NCBI GenBank assembly: GCA_050273025.1
Contig: CP158635.1
Coordinates: 29,822,001-29,886,000, forward strand
DNA length: 64,000 bases
Direction: 5' to 3'
Origin: Cenococcum geophilum
Lineage: Eukaryota
Part shown: piece by piece, positions 49,200 through 61,900 of the stretch
Layout of the letters: every line of letters starts with the position of its first letter
How positions within the stretch are numbered: the first letter of the stretch is position 1
Made by a program: the position numbers and the translations under genes
Notes under the pieces: generated by a model
Seen by the model: only the letters and a program-made list of their open reading frames with translations
Database searches by the model: none
Told to the model about the DNA's origin: nothing

Positions 49200-50513
49200 T
49201 ATACTATTTAGTTAATCTCTTCTTAGTTTTCTTCCTCCCTACCTTTAAGCTTTTTACTCCCTAAACTAAGTCTTAGAAAGCTTTTATAACGTAATTAAAT
49301 AGGTACTAGGCGACGTCTAAGTAGTTATAGATAAAGCGCCTATAGAAGTTGGTAAAGCCTAGGAATATTTAAATATCTTAATAGTTCTATAGCTCCGGCT
49401 ACTCTTAAACCGTCTATACCTATAGGCGTTATAATATAACCTAGGAACTTAACCTACTTAGTATTATAGATATACTTTAACGCCTTAGCGTAGAGGCCTA
49501 ATTGTCTAGATATTCTAGAACTTTGCAGACGTACTATTTAAGCTAATTCTTATCTTCTAAGTAGATTAGGATATTATCTAAATATATAATATATATACGA
49601 TTAACTAGTCCCCCTAAGGCCCTATAAATATATAATTAGAATATTATAGGCATATTAGCTAGCCTAAAATGTATTACTAAATACTTAAAGTAGCTGTATT
49701 AGGTTTTAAAAGCGGTTTTTTACTTATTCCCTTCTTTAATATAGAGCCTATAATAGGCGTCTTATAAATCTAGCTTTATAAAGATCTTCGCCCTCAATAG
49801 TTAATTTAGTATTTTACTAACTAGTAGTAATAGACAACGGTTTTTAATTATAATTTTATTAAGACTACGATAGTCTATATATAGCCTTAGAGTTCTATTT
49901 AGTTTTAGGATAAAAAAATTAATAGGCCTACTAGTAATATACTAAGCTAAATTTACCCCTTTTCTAAGCAACTATTAAGGTATTTCTATAGGATTTTAAG
50001 CTCTTTATAAGAAAGGTTATAAATAGAAAAGTTTAGCGGTTACTTACCTTTTTCTAAATTAATTATATAATTATATTCTAAGTTCTATAGAAGGATTTTA
50101 GCTTACCTACCTAAAAACACCCTTAGTAAATTCCTTAGGCCTAATAGAACATATAATAGATTAGGGTTACGTTTATCCTCTATATTATAATTAGGTAGAT
50201 TCTAAAGCTCCCTTAGAATACTTATAGGCAGCGTCGCGCGCTATAGTAGTTATTTATATATAGTCGCTACTATCCATTAAATAGTTATATCTAGTAGCTA
50301 GTAAAGGGTAGGGAATTCTTTAACACAGCGTTTAAGGTACTATAGTATACTCTCTATATATTACTTAAGCTAAAGTAATATATAACAATAGAAGTATCTT
50401 ATAAGATCTTTAAGATCGCTGCCTCTTTATAGTATCTCTACGACCTATTTAGTAGTTTCCTATAGGGTATTTATTATAAAAAGGCTATCACCCATACTAG
50501 GCTTTATATTTAT
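49200..50513 (-). mobile_element. Gypsy RT fragment, RIPed
   Basis: Minus-strand YLDNILIY (~49560-49585), KLDL.DAY and FLGFTNFYRRFI relics. Boundaries approximate. Confidence 0.8.
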
Positions 50514-51848
50514 TGTTACAGCTTATATAAATGCCTTTAAAAGCTTATAGAATGCTATATTACGAAGATACTAAGCTAAAGAGAAGGAAAAAGGGGTCGC
50601 TAGGACCGAAGTAAATAAATATATAGGGTATTCGCCAAGGCGCTAATAATAGGCGAGCCAATTGTAGGTCGGTAGAATATAGCAGAATTTGGCAGGTGGC
50701 GTACTATAGCGCCGTTACATTACCCCCCTTTTGAAAGAAAGCCTGCCCTTAGACTTAGTTAGGAATAAGATAGTACTAGGCTTATAAAAACGCGAGATTA
50801 TAAAATATAAGATAAGGAGAAGAAGACGCGAGTGCGTCTGGACTAAGTATAAAAGACGACTATAGTTTATGTGGAAAGCAATAGGCTAGAAGAGCCGCTA
50901 AAAATCTTAGTAAAGATCTGCCTAATTAGATAACTTTAACCGGCGGTTGAAGTTCTTAGATATCTAAAGTTTTATAGTACTGGCAGAAAATAGTATAACT
51001 TAGTAGAATTTAGTAGGATGCTGTATTAGGGCTTTAGGGCGTTTTTGTCCCTATATTCTTCTAGTAGCTTATTATCTTTACTATACTAGCATTCTATCTA
51101 CTTATTTAAGTACTTTAGGGGTCCGGGTATATTAGGGTATTAGTTATAGAACTCTTTAAGCTTTTAGGGGTAGCCTATAAAGTTCTATATAGGGTACTAG
51201 GTTAGGTCTAAGTCGTAGCCCTTTTATTAAATATAGTGTTTTAGTATTCCCTATGCTATCTTATAGGCTAGTATTTCGTTAACTTCCCATTTATTATTAC
51301 CGTTTATTTAAGTTAGTAGTGGAGGCTCGTTCTTTTATCTAGGTAATAGGTTATTTATAGCCTTCCGTAACTTATCTAGTAAAAAATAGGGTAAATACTA
51401 ATTAAATCTAGGAGTTTTGCCTTATATAAATTACCTATCTTTTTAAGGACCTTATACGGTCCTACTATCTAGTAGTCTAGCTTACGGCTAGGTTATTCGG
51501 TTTTTTAATTCCTTATTATAACCTAGACTATATCGCTAGGGGTAAAGTTAGGCTCTTAATAGTATTTATTTACCTTTAGGCTATTTTTAAGTTTTTATAG
51601 GCTACTATATAGGCTTCCTCTAAGCGCTTAGTGTACTATTAGGCCTTACTATAGAATAGCTTCTCTTATATAGTCTAGGGTTCTTCTAGCCTTTTCTAGT
51701 TAAAGTTTATATAGGGTAAGTATCCTATTTCTAGCTAAATTAGGGCAAACCCTATAGAGTTATAGGGTAGGGTTGCTTAGGTATAGTCTATTAAGGGTAG
51801 TAGTTTAGACCAGTTATTCTAGAAATAGCTAATAAAGGGCCTAAGCCT
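50514..51848 (-). mobile_element. Gypsy 3' end (integrase C-terminus, chromodomain, PPT, 3' LTR 50514-50719), relative of family C
   Basis: Reverse complement resembles ~42480-43440; PPT AAAAGGGGGGTAA then TGTAACGG; LTR termini TGTTAC...GTTACA on the plus strand. Confidence 0.82.
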
Positions 51849-51919
51849 AAGAGACACTAAACCGACTAAGTAAGGCTCGTTACTACACGAAGCTCAATAT
51901 TATCTCTGCATTTAACCGT

Positions 51920-54896
51920 CTCTATATTACAAAAGGAGATAAATAGCTTATTGCATTTTGTACCCGATATGGACTATTTAAGTACTTAGTAACACCCTTT
52001 GGCCTCGCAAACGCTCTAAGCTTGTTTTAACATTATATAAATAATACCTTGCGTCCCTACTTAGACATCTTCTATACTGCTTATATTAACAACATCCTAA
52101 TATATAGTAATAACCTAACCGAATATTAGAAATACGTTGACCTTATCCTATAAGCCCTATATAGAGCTAGTCTATAATTAGATATAGATAAGTGCGAGTT
52201 TTATAAAACGGAAGTCCTATACCTTAGACTTCTTATTTCTATAAACGGTATACAAATGGACCTAAAGAAAGTCGAAGTAATTGTGAATTGGCAAGAACCT
52301 GAGAACGTTAAGGACGTAAGAGCTTTTATAGGATTTGCTAATTTCTACTAATGGTTTATTAATAACTTCTCCGCCCTAGTTTTACCCCTTATAGCTCTAA
52401 CCTAAAAGGATAAAGTCTTTGTCTTTAATAAGGAATGTAAGAAGGCCTTTGCCTATCTAAAGGTTATATTTACTACTACACCCGTACTCTAATACTTTAA
52501 CCTAAACTAAATAAGTGTTATCATGATAGAAGCCGACTTATCTAACTATGTTATTAAAGGCATTCTGTCTTAATATAACGAGGATAGAGTATTATACCCC
52601 GTAGTATACTTCTTAAAATAACTAAGCCTAGCTAAATATAACTACAAGATCTACGATAAGGAATTGTTTGCTATTATTAGATGTTTTAAATAATAGCGAC
52701 CCGAACTAGAAGGCGCTAGATTTCTAATTAAGGTTCTTAGCAACTATAAGAACCTATAGTACTTTACGACTATAAAACAGCTAACTTATTATTAGGCCTG
52801 TTGGTTAAAATATCTATCTTATTTCCAATTTTTAATTATATACCGCCTGGGCGTTTAAGGTTAGAAGCCTAACGCCCTAACCCAACACTCGCAAGACGTG
52901 CCAGCCCTAGAAAAAGCGCGCTCTTACTAAAATTAGACCCTGCTTCGCCCTAAACTATTTAACCCTCCTACTAAAGACCTTACGGTACACGTCCTTAAAA
53001 TAACTAATTGATTAATTAAACAGATTATAGTTAATAAATACCTAAATAACGAGTTTATTTAAGAGACGCTTAAGCTAATATATAATAGCATCAGACGCTT
53101 TAAAAAGATTTCTCTAAGTAAATACAAAGCCTACGGAAACCGCTTATATTACCGGAACCGCCTAGTTATACCTAACTATAATGAACTTAAGCTTAAGCTC
53201 CTTAAACATATATATAATCTACTAGTAGCTGGCTACCTAGGCTAAGGAAAAACCCTAGAACTGCTTTAATAAGAATACTATTAGCTGAATATATATAATA
53301 TAATATAAAGGTACGTCTCTAGCTGCCATATCTGCTGATAAGCTAAAGCTTTGTATAAGACGTATAACGGCCTCTTAAAGCAACTACCTATTCTAGACCG
53401 AAGATGGAAGGACATCTTAATTAACTTTATTGTTGATCTCCCTATAAGTAAAGGCTGTACGAATATTATAGTAGTTGTAGACTAACTATCTAAGATGAGG
53501 TATTTAATCGCCTGCCCTAATATATTAACGCCTACCGTTGCTTAACTGTTCCTAGATTACGTATAGAAACTCTATAGACTCCCCGAAATAATTATCTCTA
53601 ATAGAGGCAGCCAGTTTATCTTTATATTCTGGAAAGAACTAACTACCTAACTCCGCATTAAAGCACTACTATTTACTACATATTACCTAAAAATAGATAG
53701 TTAAATAGAACGTGTAAACGCTATAATAGAATAGTATATCTAGATATACACGTCATATCTATAAAATGACTAGATTAACTGGCTTATATTCGCCGAGTTT
53801 ACTGCAAATAATTCTATCTTAGAAACTATAAAGGTTTCCCTATTCCTAGCCAATTATGGCTAGTACCTATAAATGGGTTTTAAACCTTTTAGTAATATTT
53901 CTTACCCCACTCATTACGCCTTATAAGTTGCAGAAGTAAATAAATTTATAGAGAAGATAGAGGAACTATAATAGTTCCTTACTAATAAAATAACATAGGC
54001 CTAATCTGTCTATAAAGCCGCAGCGAATAAAAAACGAACCCTAGCACCGGCCTACTAAATTAGTAACTTTGTTTAGCTAGATATAAGAAACCTAAACACA
54101 AAATAACCTGCTAAGAAACTTAATTAGAAGAACGCTGGCCCTTATAAGATTAAGAAGGTTGTTTTCTCTTACGCCTACTAACTAAAGCTCCCTAATACGG
54201 TTAAAATCCACCCCGTATTCTATACGTTAGTCCTCTACCTTACTGCCCCCGTATTAGACGCCCTGCCTAAATAAATATAAGACCCTCCCCCACCAGTCAA
54301 AGTGGATAGTAAGAATAACTACTTTATTAAAAGAATTAATAACATTAAGTACGATAAACGGAAACGCTAGTATATATACCCTATAAAATAGAGAGGCTTT
54401 ACTAAGCCCTTATGGAAACCTGTTAACTCTATAGGACTTATATAAGCCGTAAAAGACTTTTATAAACTCTACCTAGAACTACTATAGCCCTATCTCGCAG
54501 AAGCTTAAGTTTAAAAGGGGGGTACTATTACGGGATACCCCCGTAACACCTTGCATACATCTACCTGTTTCTACTAACTTAGCAATTAAAGACTAACCGC
54601 GAAATGGTAATCTAACGGCAATCTGATGGCAATTTAACGGCAATCTATGGCATTCTACTATATTCTGCCAAGTTCCACTAAATTCTACTAAGTTCTGCTA
54701 GGACTATAACCTAAACCCTGTTCTGCCCTATATATATATTAACTAAGCAACCAAGTTAACAATATATGCCCTTTCTTCCCATTCTCCTACCTTCTTTCCT
54801 TATATAACGTCTTGATCTTATTATATAGTTTATATACATAGCTTAATAATATCTACTTTGCTATATATTATCGTCGCTTATACTTACTCCGTGATA
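51920..54896 (+). mobile_element. Gypsy family B 3' half (RT, RH, INT, chromodomain, 3' LTR 54526-54896)
   Basis: Relics PFGLANA, YINNILIY, FIGFANFY, NYKIYDKEL; PPT AAAAGGGGGGTAC; the LTR matches 14303-14903 in reverse. Confidence 0.88.
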
Positions 54897-57599
54897 GATA
54901 CATTAGACTATTATAGTTATTAGTAGGATATCTAGTATTGTTTATACTAAAGAAGAACGGAAAACTTAGGCTATGCATTAACTATAGATAGTTAAATAGT
55001 ATTACTTAAAAGGATAGGTATTCTTTACCCTTAATTAGCGAAATTTAGGATTAGATAGGTAATGCGCAAATCTTTATAAAGATAGATCTAAAATGGGCGT
55101 ACCATTAAATTTAAATTAAGAAAGGCAATAAATAGAAGGCAGCTTTTAGGTTAAAAGAAGGGGTATATAAACTATTAGTTATACAATTCGGATTAATAAA
55201 TATACTAGCAACGTTTTAAAAATAAATTAATAGTGTATTAAGAGAACACCTTAATAAGTTTGTTATAGTATACTTTAATATTATTATTATCTACTTAATA
55301 ACTAAGGAAGAATATAGGGAACACGTTAAATGGGTTTTAAAGAGACTATAAGAAGAACAGATACTAGTAGTAATTAAAAAATACGAGTTCTTTACTAGGA
55401 AAATAGATTTTATTAAATTTATCATTAAACTAGGTTATATTAGTATAGACCTAAAAAAAATTAAAGCTATAGTAAGTTAGCAAAAACTAGAGAATATAAC
55501 GCAGTTAAGGTTATTTTTAGGGGTTTGCAACTACTATAGAAGGTTTATAGTATAGTAGTTAAAGAATATTAAACTATTTACTAGGCTTATAAAGAAAGAA
55601 AAACTATAGGTATAGGGAGACGAATAAAAGAAGTTATTTAAGGAATTTAAGGAGTTATTTACCTAAGAGCTAATTTTTAAAATCTATTAACTAGGACTAA
55701 ATACAGTTATAAAAATAGATATATTAGACTTTATACTAGGAGTATACTTACTATAGAGGTATAGGAATATATAGCATTTAGTGGCATACTATAGTTGGAA
55801 GATAATACTACTAGAGTTAAACTATAACATCTATAACAAGGAGTTGTTAGGTATAGTTATAATACTTAAAAAATAAAAAGCATTCTTATAAGGCGTAAAA
55901 AAAACTATTTATAGTTAAGATAAATTATAAAAACCTAACGGGGTTTTTAATAATAAAAGAACTTAATTGCAAATAGGTTAAATAGGCAGAGATACTTATA
56001 GAATACTATTTTAAGATTTAGTATACTAAAGGAACTAAAAATATAAAAGCAGACATACTTAGTAGAAAGGCTAAACTATAAAACAATAAGAAATTATTAG
56101 GAGTAATACTATATAAAGATAAGGACAGATTAATTAGATATAATTACCCTAAGCTAGTAGTAACTTAAGAAAATAATAAACTAGAAAAAGTTTATAAGAT
56201 ACTAAAAAGCTTTTAGGTATAAAGAATTCTAAAAATATAGCTAAAAGATCTATAGATGGATATATATAAAAATTAAAAAGTAAAGTATATCCTAAAAAGT
56301 ATAGCAAAGCATTTTATAGAAGATTTCTATAAGGGAATAACTTAAGGGCATAATAGAGCAATAGGCTTAGTGTTAAGACTTTAAGAAGAATATATTATTA
56401 ATAGAATTAAGGCATAGCTAGAAAAGTAATAAAAAAGTGTTTAAATTACTAAAGAAATAAACTAATAAGGTATAAGCTATATAGAGGGCTATAACCTATT
56501 AAAATACTAAAGAGACTATAGGAGGTTATATTATGGGACTTTATTATTAAGTTACTAAAGTTAAGAGATCCTATTACCGGATAGGAGTACGACGTAATCC
56601 TAGTAATAGTAGATAAGTTAACTAAATAGGGCTACTTTATAGCATATATAGAAGAAATCTTAGCGGAAAATATTACTAGAATCTATATTAAGGAAGTATT
56701 TATAAAATATAGAGTATTAAGCAAGATTATATTAGATAGAGATCTAAGATTTATAGTAGTATTTTAAGAGGTATTCTTAGCGGAATAAGGAGTTAGAGTA
56801 GTAACTTTTACTATATATTATTCGCAGACGGATAAATAAATAGAAAAATTAAATTAGACGCTAGAATAGTATCTAAGGCATTATATTAATTATGCATAAA
56901 ATAATTAGGTATTATTATTACTAGTTATACAGTTTATATATAATATAACACCATAAAAAGGAATAGGCATATTACTATTTAAGGCAAATTATGGATATAA
57001 GCTAAGAATATCGTTATTACTATAATAAGTAAAGAAAATAAGTAGCACAGCTAAAGAAAGGATAAAGAAATTAATAAATCTTTATGTAGACCTTATAAAA
57101 TTAGTAAAGGTAGTACAAAAAAGAATAAAAAGGTACTACGACGCTAAGAGATCTAAGAGACTAGATCTTAAGGAGGGGGATAAAGTATAGCTACCATATA
57201 AAATTTTTAAGAGTTAACAACTAAGTAAGAAATTAGACTACGTTAGACTAGGACCTTTTAAAATTATATAGAGTATTTTACCGGTTATATTTAAGTTAAA
57301 CCTATTAGCTAAGATAAAGATCTACCCTATATAGTATATTGCAATACTAGAGCTAGTATATAGGAATATTAAGCTACTAATTCATAAAGTAAATATATAT
57401 AGAGGATAAGAGGAAGACAAATAGCAAGTTTTAAGGATTATTAGTTATAAGGATATTAACAATAAAATATAGTATAAAGTTAAGTAGATAGGCTATAATA
57501 AGACTACCTAGAAACTACTATAGAATTTAAAAAATGCTATAGAAAAGGTATAGGAGTATTAGAAGAAAATGGGTTTGGTAATATTAAGAAGGAGCTAAA

Positions 57600-58635
57600 G
57601 ATAAAGGGATTAGTTAAAGGTAATAAATAAGCCGGATTATTTAAGGGATCTACTACTAGCGTATAAACTATTTCCACCTCTTCTTAATTAGAATCCTTTT
57701 TAGCCTTCTTAGCCTTAAGTTTAGATAGACCTTACTTTACTAAGTAAAGCTCTTTTAAGCGCACCTTTTTATAAACCTTTACTAGATGGCTTAGGTAAGT
57801 ATAAGTATTTAGTTAAGCTTTTAGAGCTTAAGACGCCTTATTAAAATAATACTATACTTTAGCAAGGGCCTCAGCTAGCTTACTTTTTAGGTTTTTAGTT
57901 GCTACTAATATACGTAACCCTAAAGGAGATTAGATAAGGAATTAGACGGTTATAAAGAATAATAAGACGCGTATACTTAGCGTTAGAGACGGATTAAACA
58001 TTATAGGACGATCGCATATTCGCTTACGTATACTTAGTATAAAAAAAGGTTAGTAACTAGACGGAGCTGCGATTATAATATACAGTCATGGGACAAAAGT
58101 CTCCGGTCGGAAGCGATTTCCTACCAAAACTCAGCTTCTTCGCAGCGCATCTTTATAATAAAAAACATTAAAATTTTATGCTACAAAAATTAATAATTAT
58201 AAAAATTTACTTTCTAAGTAAAATTATCTATTTAGATTTAACTAATAAATTATTATTATAAAGATAAATATACTCTAAAGTTTAGATACTTAAATTTAAG
58301 CGATTTTTAAGCGATTTTATATGGAGAATTAGGATTTTTAATCCTTACCTAACTTTATAGCTTTATAATAATTTTCCACATTATTATTATAAAATACTAC
58401 TAATAAAAAGCTTTAATTTTAACTTAATAAAATATTGTGGTGGGTATAAAATCCAAAGGTGTTTTAGGTGAGTTTTGGTGTAAAAAGGCTCCCAGCCGGA
58501 GACTTTTGTCCTAGTACTGTATACTAACTTCTTCTTCGTATAACGAGAATAGGACGGCATAACTTTACTAAGAGAGAGAATAAACGTCACTAGCTAGTTA
58601 TAACGATTAGACGTAGAGGATCTAATAGGAGGTAT
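57600..58635 (-). pseudogene. Antisense TE-borne Zn2Cys6-like/coiled-coil gene, copy 2, disrupted by RIP and a MITE
   Basis: ATA (RIPed ATG) at 58635; (M)PPIRSSTSNR...ILSLSKVMPSYSRYTKKKLVY...ANMRSSYNV.SVSNAK; 55-nt intron 57974-57920 at the same position and phase as copy 1; exon 2 WLRILVATKNLKSKLAEALAKV. 3' end approximate. Confidence 0.75.
58083..58519. mobile_element. Tc1/mariner-type MITE (437 bp)
   Basis: TA|CAGTCATGGGACAAAAGTCTCCGG ... CCGGAGACTTTTGTCCTAGTACTG|TA. Confidence 0.9.
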
Positions 58636-58999
58636 TAAAAATAATAAAGGTTATTAAATTAAAGATGGGAATGCTATACCTTTAATAAACAACTTAGAGA
58701 TAGGAGATATATTTAAAAATAAAGATAAAGAGGAAGGGGATAGTATTACGGACCTTATATTAGCAGTAGTGCGACTACTAAGAATAGATATAAATGGGTT
58801 AGTTAAGATAGTATAGGAGGCGCTAGAACCGATTAAGCTATAAAATAAGGGGTAGCTAAGTTATATGGCTAGTTACGTTATAAGTTTAAAACGTAGAAAT
58901 ATAGGAATATAGGAACGTAACGTACCGATATACTAATGTACTAATATACTAAACCCTTTACTATGGGGAGGAGTTATATATTTAAGGATATACGGTCTC

Positions 59000-61900
59000 T
59001 ATTAGGCTATAGAGACGTACTAGCCGTACTTAGCTTAGCGCAGGTGAGGCGTAAGCGAGGCGCCTACAAAATATAGTCGCCCCGCATTAGAGAATAGTAG
59101 AATTTAGTTCTATAGTTCTACTTTATTAAAAACTAGATACTTCTTACATTCCGCTACTGTTGTTACGTTGCTATATACCCTTAGGGCCTTAGCGTCCTAA
59201 CAGTTCTAAATTCTCCTCCCTTTTTAGGGGTAGCGGCTTGGCAATATAGTGGTTTGCTAAAGCTGCGACTATATAGCGACAGCCTTCTATTAAAAAGACA
59301 ACCTATATTCCTTAACTGCATTACAGTCTATTAACCTAATAGCGAGACACGGGCGTAACGTTAGCGTAATGCGTAGTACTAAGTTTAGGGATTAGCTCTA
59401 GGACGACGTGGGTAGACCTACGTCCTAGATAGAACTAGAAGCTATAGGCGAGGATACTATATAGAAAGAAATACGACGGCTAGAGAATAAGAAGCTATAA
59501 CTCTTAGAGTAAGGAAAACTATAGTTGCTTAGGAAAGAGGTGGAAATACTAAGACGGCGTTAACGTGGTAAGGTAACGTTAACTTTTATTCCTAACCTAA
59601 ATCTGCTACCTTAGAGCATCCTATTAGAGTACTTAGAGGGTAGCTTAAGGCATTTAAACCTTAAGCGGAAGGCTACTAATATAATAGGCGCTTTATTAAA
59701 ACGGGCCGTTAAAGTAGAGAAGATTGCTCCGTATTACGGTAAGAGCATATAAGAGCACTAAGACTTCCGTAATAGCTTAAAGCTAGCATTCTGCCTAGAG
59801 CTTAACGCTTTTATAGGTAAGGATACTAAAGTTGCGTTTACTATGTAATATATAAAGGGGACTAACTGAACCCTTTAGCTATAGTACGAAGATGACTATT
59901 TAGATATGTAGTTTACCTAGGAGGAGCTAATGGAATTCCTACTTAACTAGATTAAAAGTCCTATTAATTAAGAACTCTATATAGCCCTAATATATATAAG
60001 GGCAATGCAATGAACCAATTAACTTATAAATAAGTTTACTACTTACCTAACCTTCTTAAAAGCATAAATTAACCCTCTTTATAAGGTAAAGCATCTAATA
60101 ATATATCTATTCGCAAAGCTACGGCTAGAGCTACGGCTTACGGTTATTAACTATTAGGAATTTCTATAAACTTAAGATTAGCTAGTTTCCCTAGCTGCCC
60201 TATTAGAGGAAAACTAGAAGAGCGCGAGCGCCCTATAGGCTAGAAGTAATAGGCGCGCCGCGAACTTAAATATAAAAACTACCCCGTTGGGTAACTTAGG
60301 GAAAGCGGACTCTAAAACTACTACTAGCGACGTAATGGTGGGGCGAAGTAGTACCGCTAGGGGTTTAACCTAACCTAAGGGGAACTGTAAAAATTATAGC
60401 AAGCTAGGATATTAGTGGCAATAGTGCCCGGAGCTATAATAGTACTAGCCGCCGCTAAGTAGCGTAAACGCTATCTCTATACTAGGAAAAGGTAGGCGCC
60501 CTTAAAGTTCCTTATACCCATAGGGTATAAGCTACTACTAGATTATAAGGAGGCTATTACTGTCTTAAAAGAAGTCCTATTTAAGTAAACCTAGAAGGAG
60601 ACCTTAGTAATGCTTAATCTCGGCGCCGAAGTAAATATAATTAATTAGCGATTTGTAATGAAGTATAACTTTAAAATACTAGATATAGAATTGCCTACCT
60701 ACTCCTAGTTAAATAAAACTTAGGTATATTGCTATAAAGCCTATAAGGTACTATTACGAATAAAGGACAGCTAGGGTAGGATTAGAGAAGTAACCCTTAT
60801 CTACTATAGAATGGCTAACGCATCCCCTACTGTTACCCTAGATATGCTAGGGTTAAAGAAGGCCTAACTTCTTATTAACTGTGAGGCGAAGGCGTGGCAA
60901 TAAAACCTAGATAGCTCGTCCCTGTTGCTATAAACCCCTAAGGGTTTTATAGAGTCTCTCTAGAGGGAATCTAGGGTCTTCACCCTAGTAATTGCTAGAT
61001 TAATGCCTAGTAAATAAGATAATAGTAGCTTACTAGTTTTTCCCCCATAGTTAAAAGAAGCTAGCGATATCTTCTTATATAAGGAAGTAAGGAAGCTACC
61101 CTAATACTATTAGGGCGACCATGCTATTAACCTAGAAGAGGGATAGGAGGTTCTATATAGACTGCTTTATAACCTTTTAGTTAAGAAGCTAGAGGTATTA
61201 AGGGAGTACTTAGATAACACCTTAGCTAAAGGCTAGATCTAACTAAGTACTAGTCCCGTAGGGGTACCTATCCTATTTATATTTAAAAAAGAAAAAAAGC
61301 TACGGCTTTATGTAGACTATAGAGGCCTTAATAAGGTGATAATTAAGAATTATCTTATACTACTATTAATTAGTAAGACCTTGGACCGCTTAGTAGGTTT
61401 TAAGATCTTTACTAAGTTAGACCTAACAAATGCGTACTACCGCCTTTATATCCGTTAGGGCAATAAGTAAAAGACGGCGTTCCACACGCGTTACGGCCAC
61501 TTTAAGTATTTAGTTTTACCTTCTGGGCTAACTAACGGACTAGTAACCATTTAGGGCTATATTAATCGGGCCTTATTAGGACTAGTAGACGTCTTCTATA
61601 TAGTCTACCTTAATAATATTTTAATTTTCTTGGAAAATCTAGAGGAACACTAGCGCTACGTACTAGAAGTGCTATATAGGTTGCGGTAATATTAACTATA
61701 TATAAACCTTAAGAAGTGTAGGTTTAGCGTATAAGAGGTTAAGTTCCTAGAATATATTATTAGTCCTAAAGGCGTTGTAATAGATCCTAGCTAGGTAGAA
61801 GCTATTATTAAGTAAAAGAGCCCTTAATCCTATAGGGATATCTAGGTCTTTCTAGGTTTTACTAACTTCTATTACTAGTTTATTTATAAGTACTCTACTA

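Larger units (their letters stand above)
54897..58999 (+). mobile_element. Gypsy family A relative (RT, RH, INT, chromodomain, antisense accessory gene, 3' LTR from 58744, interrupted at 59000)
   Basis: Colinear with ~9190-12600; PPT AAAGAGGAAGGGGATAG then TATTACGG; LTR diverged from family A. Confidence 0.9.
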
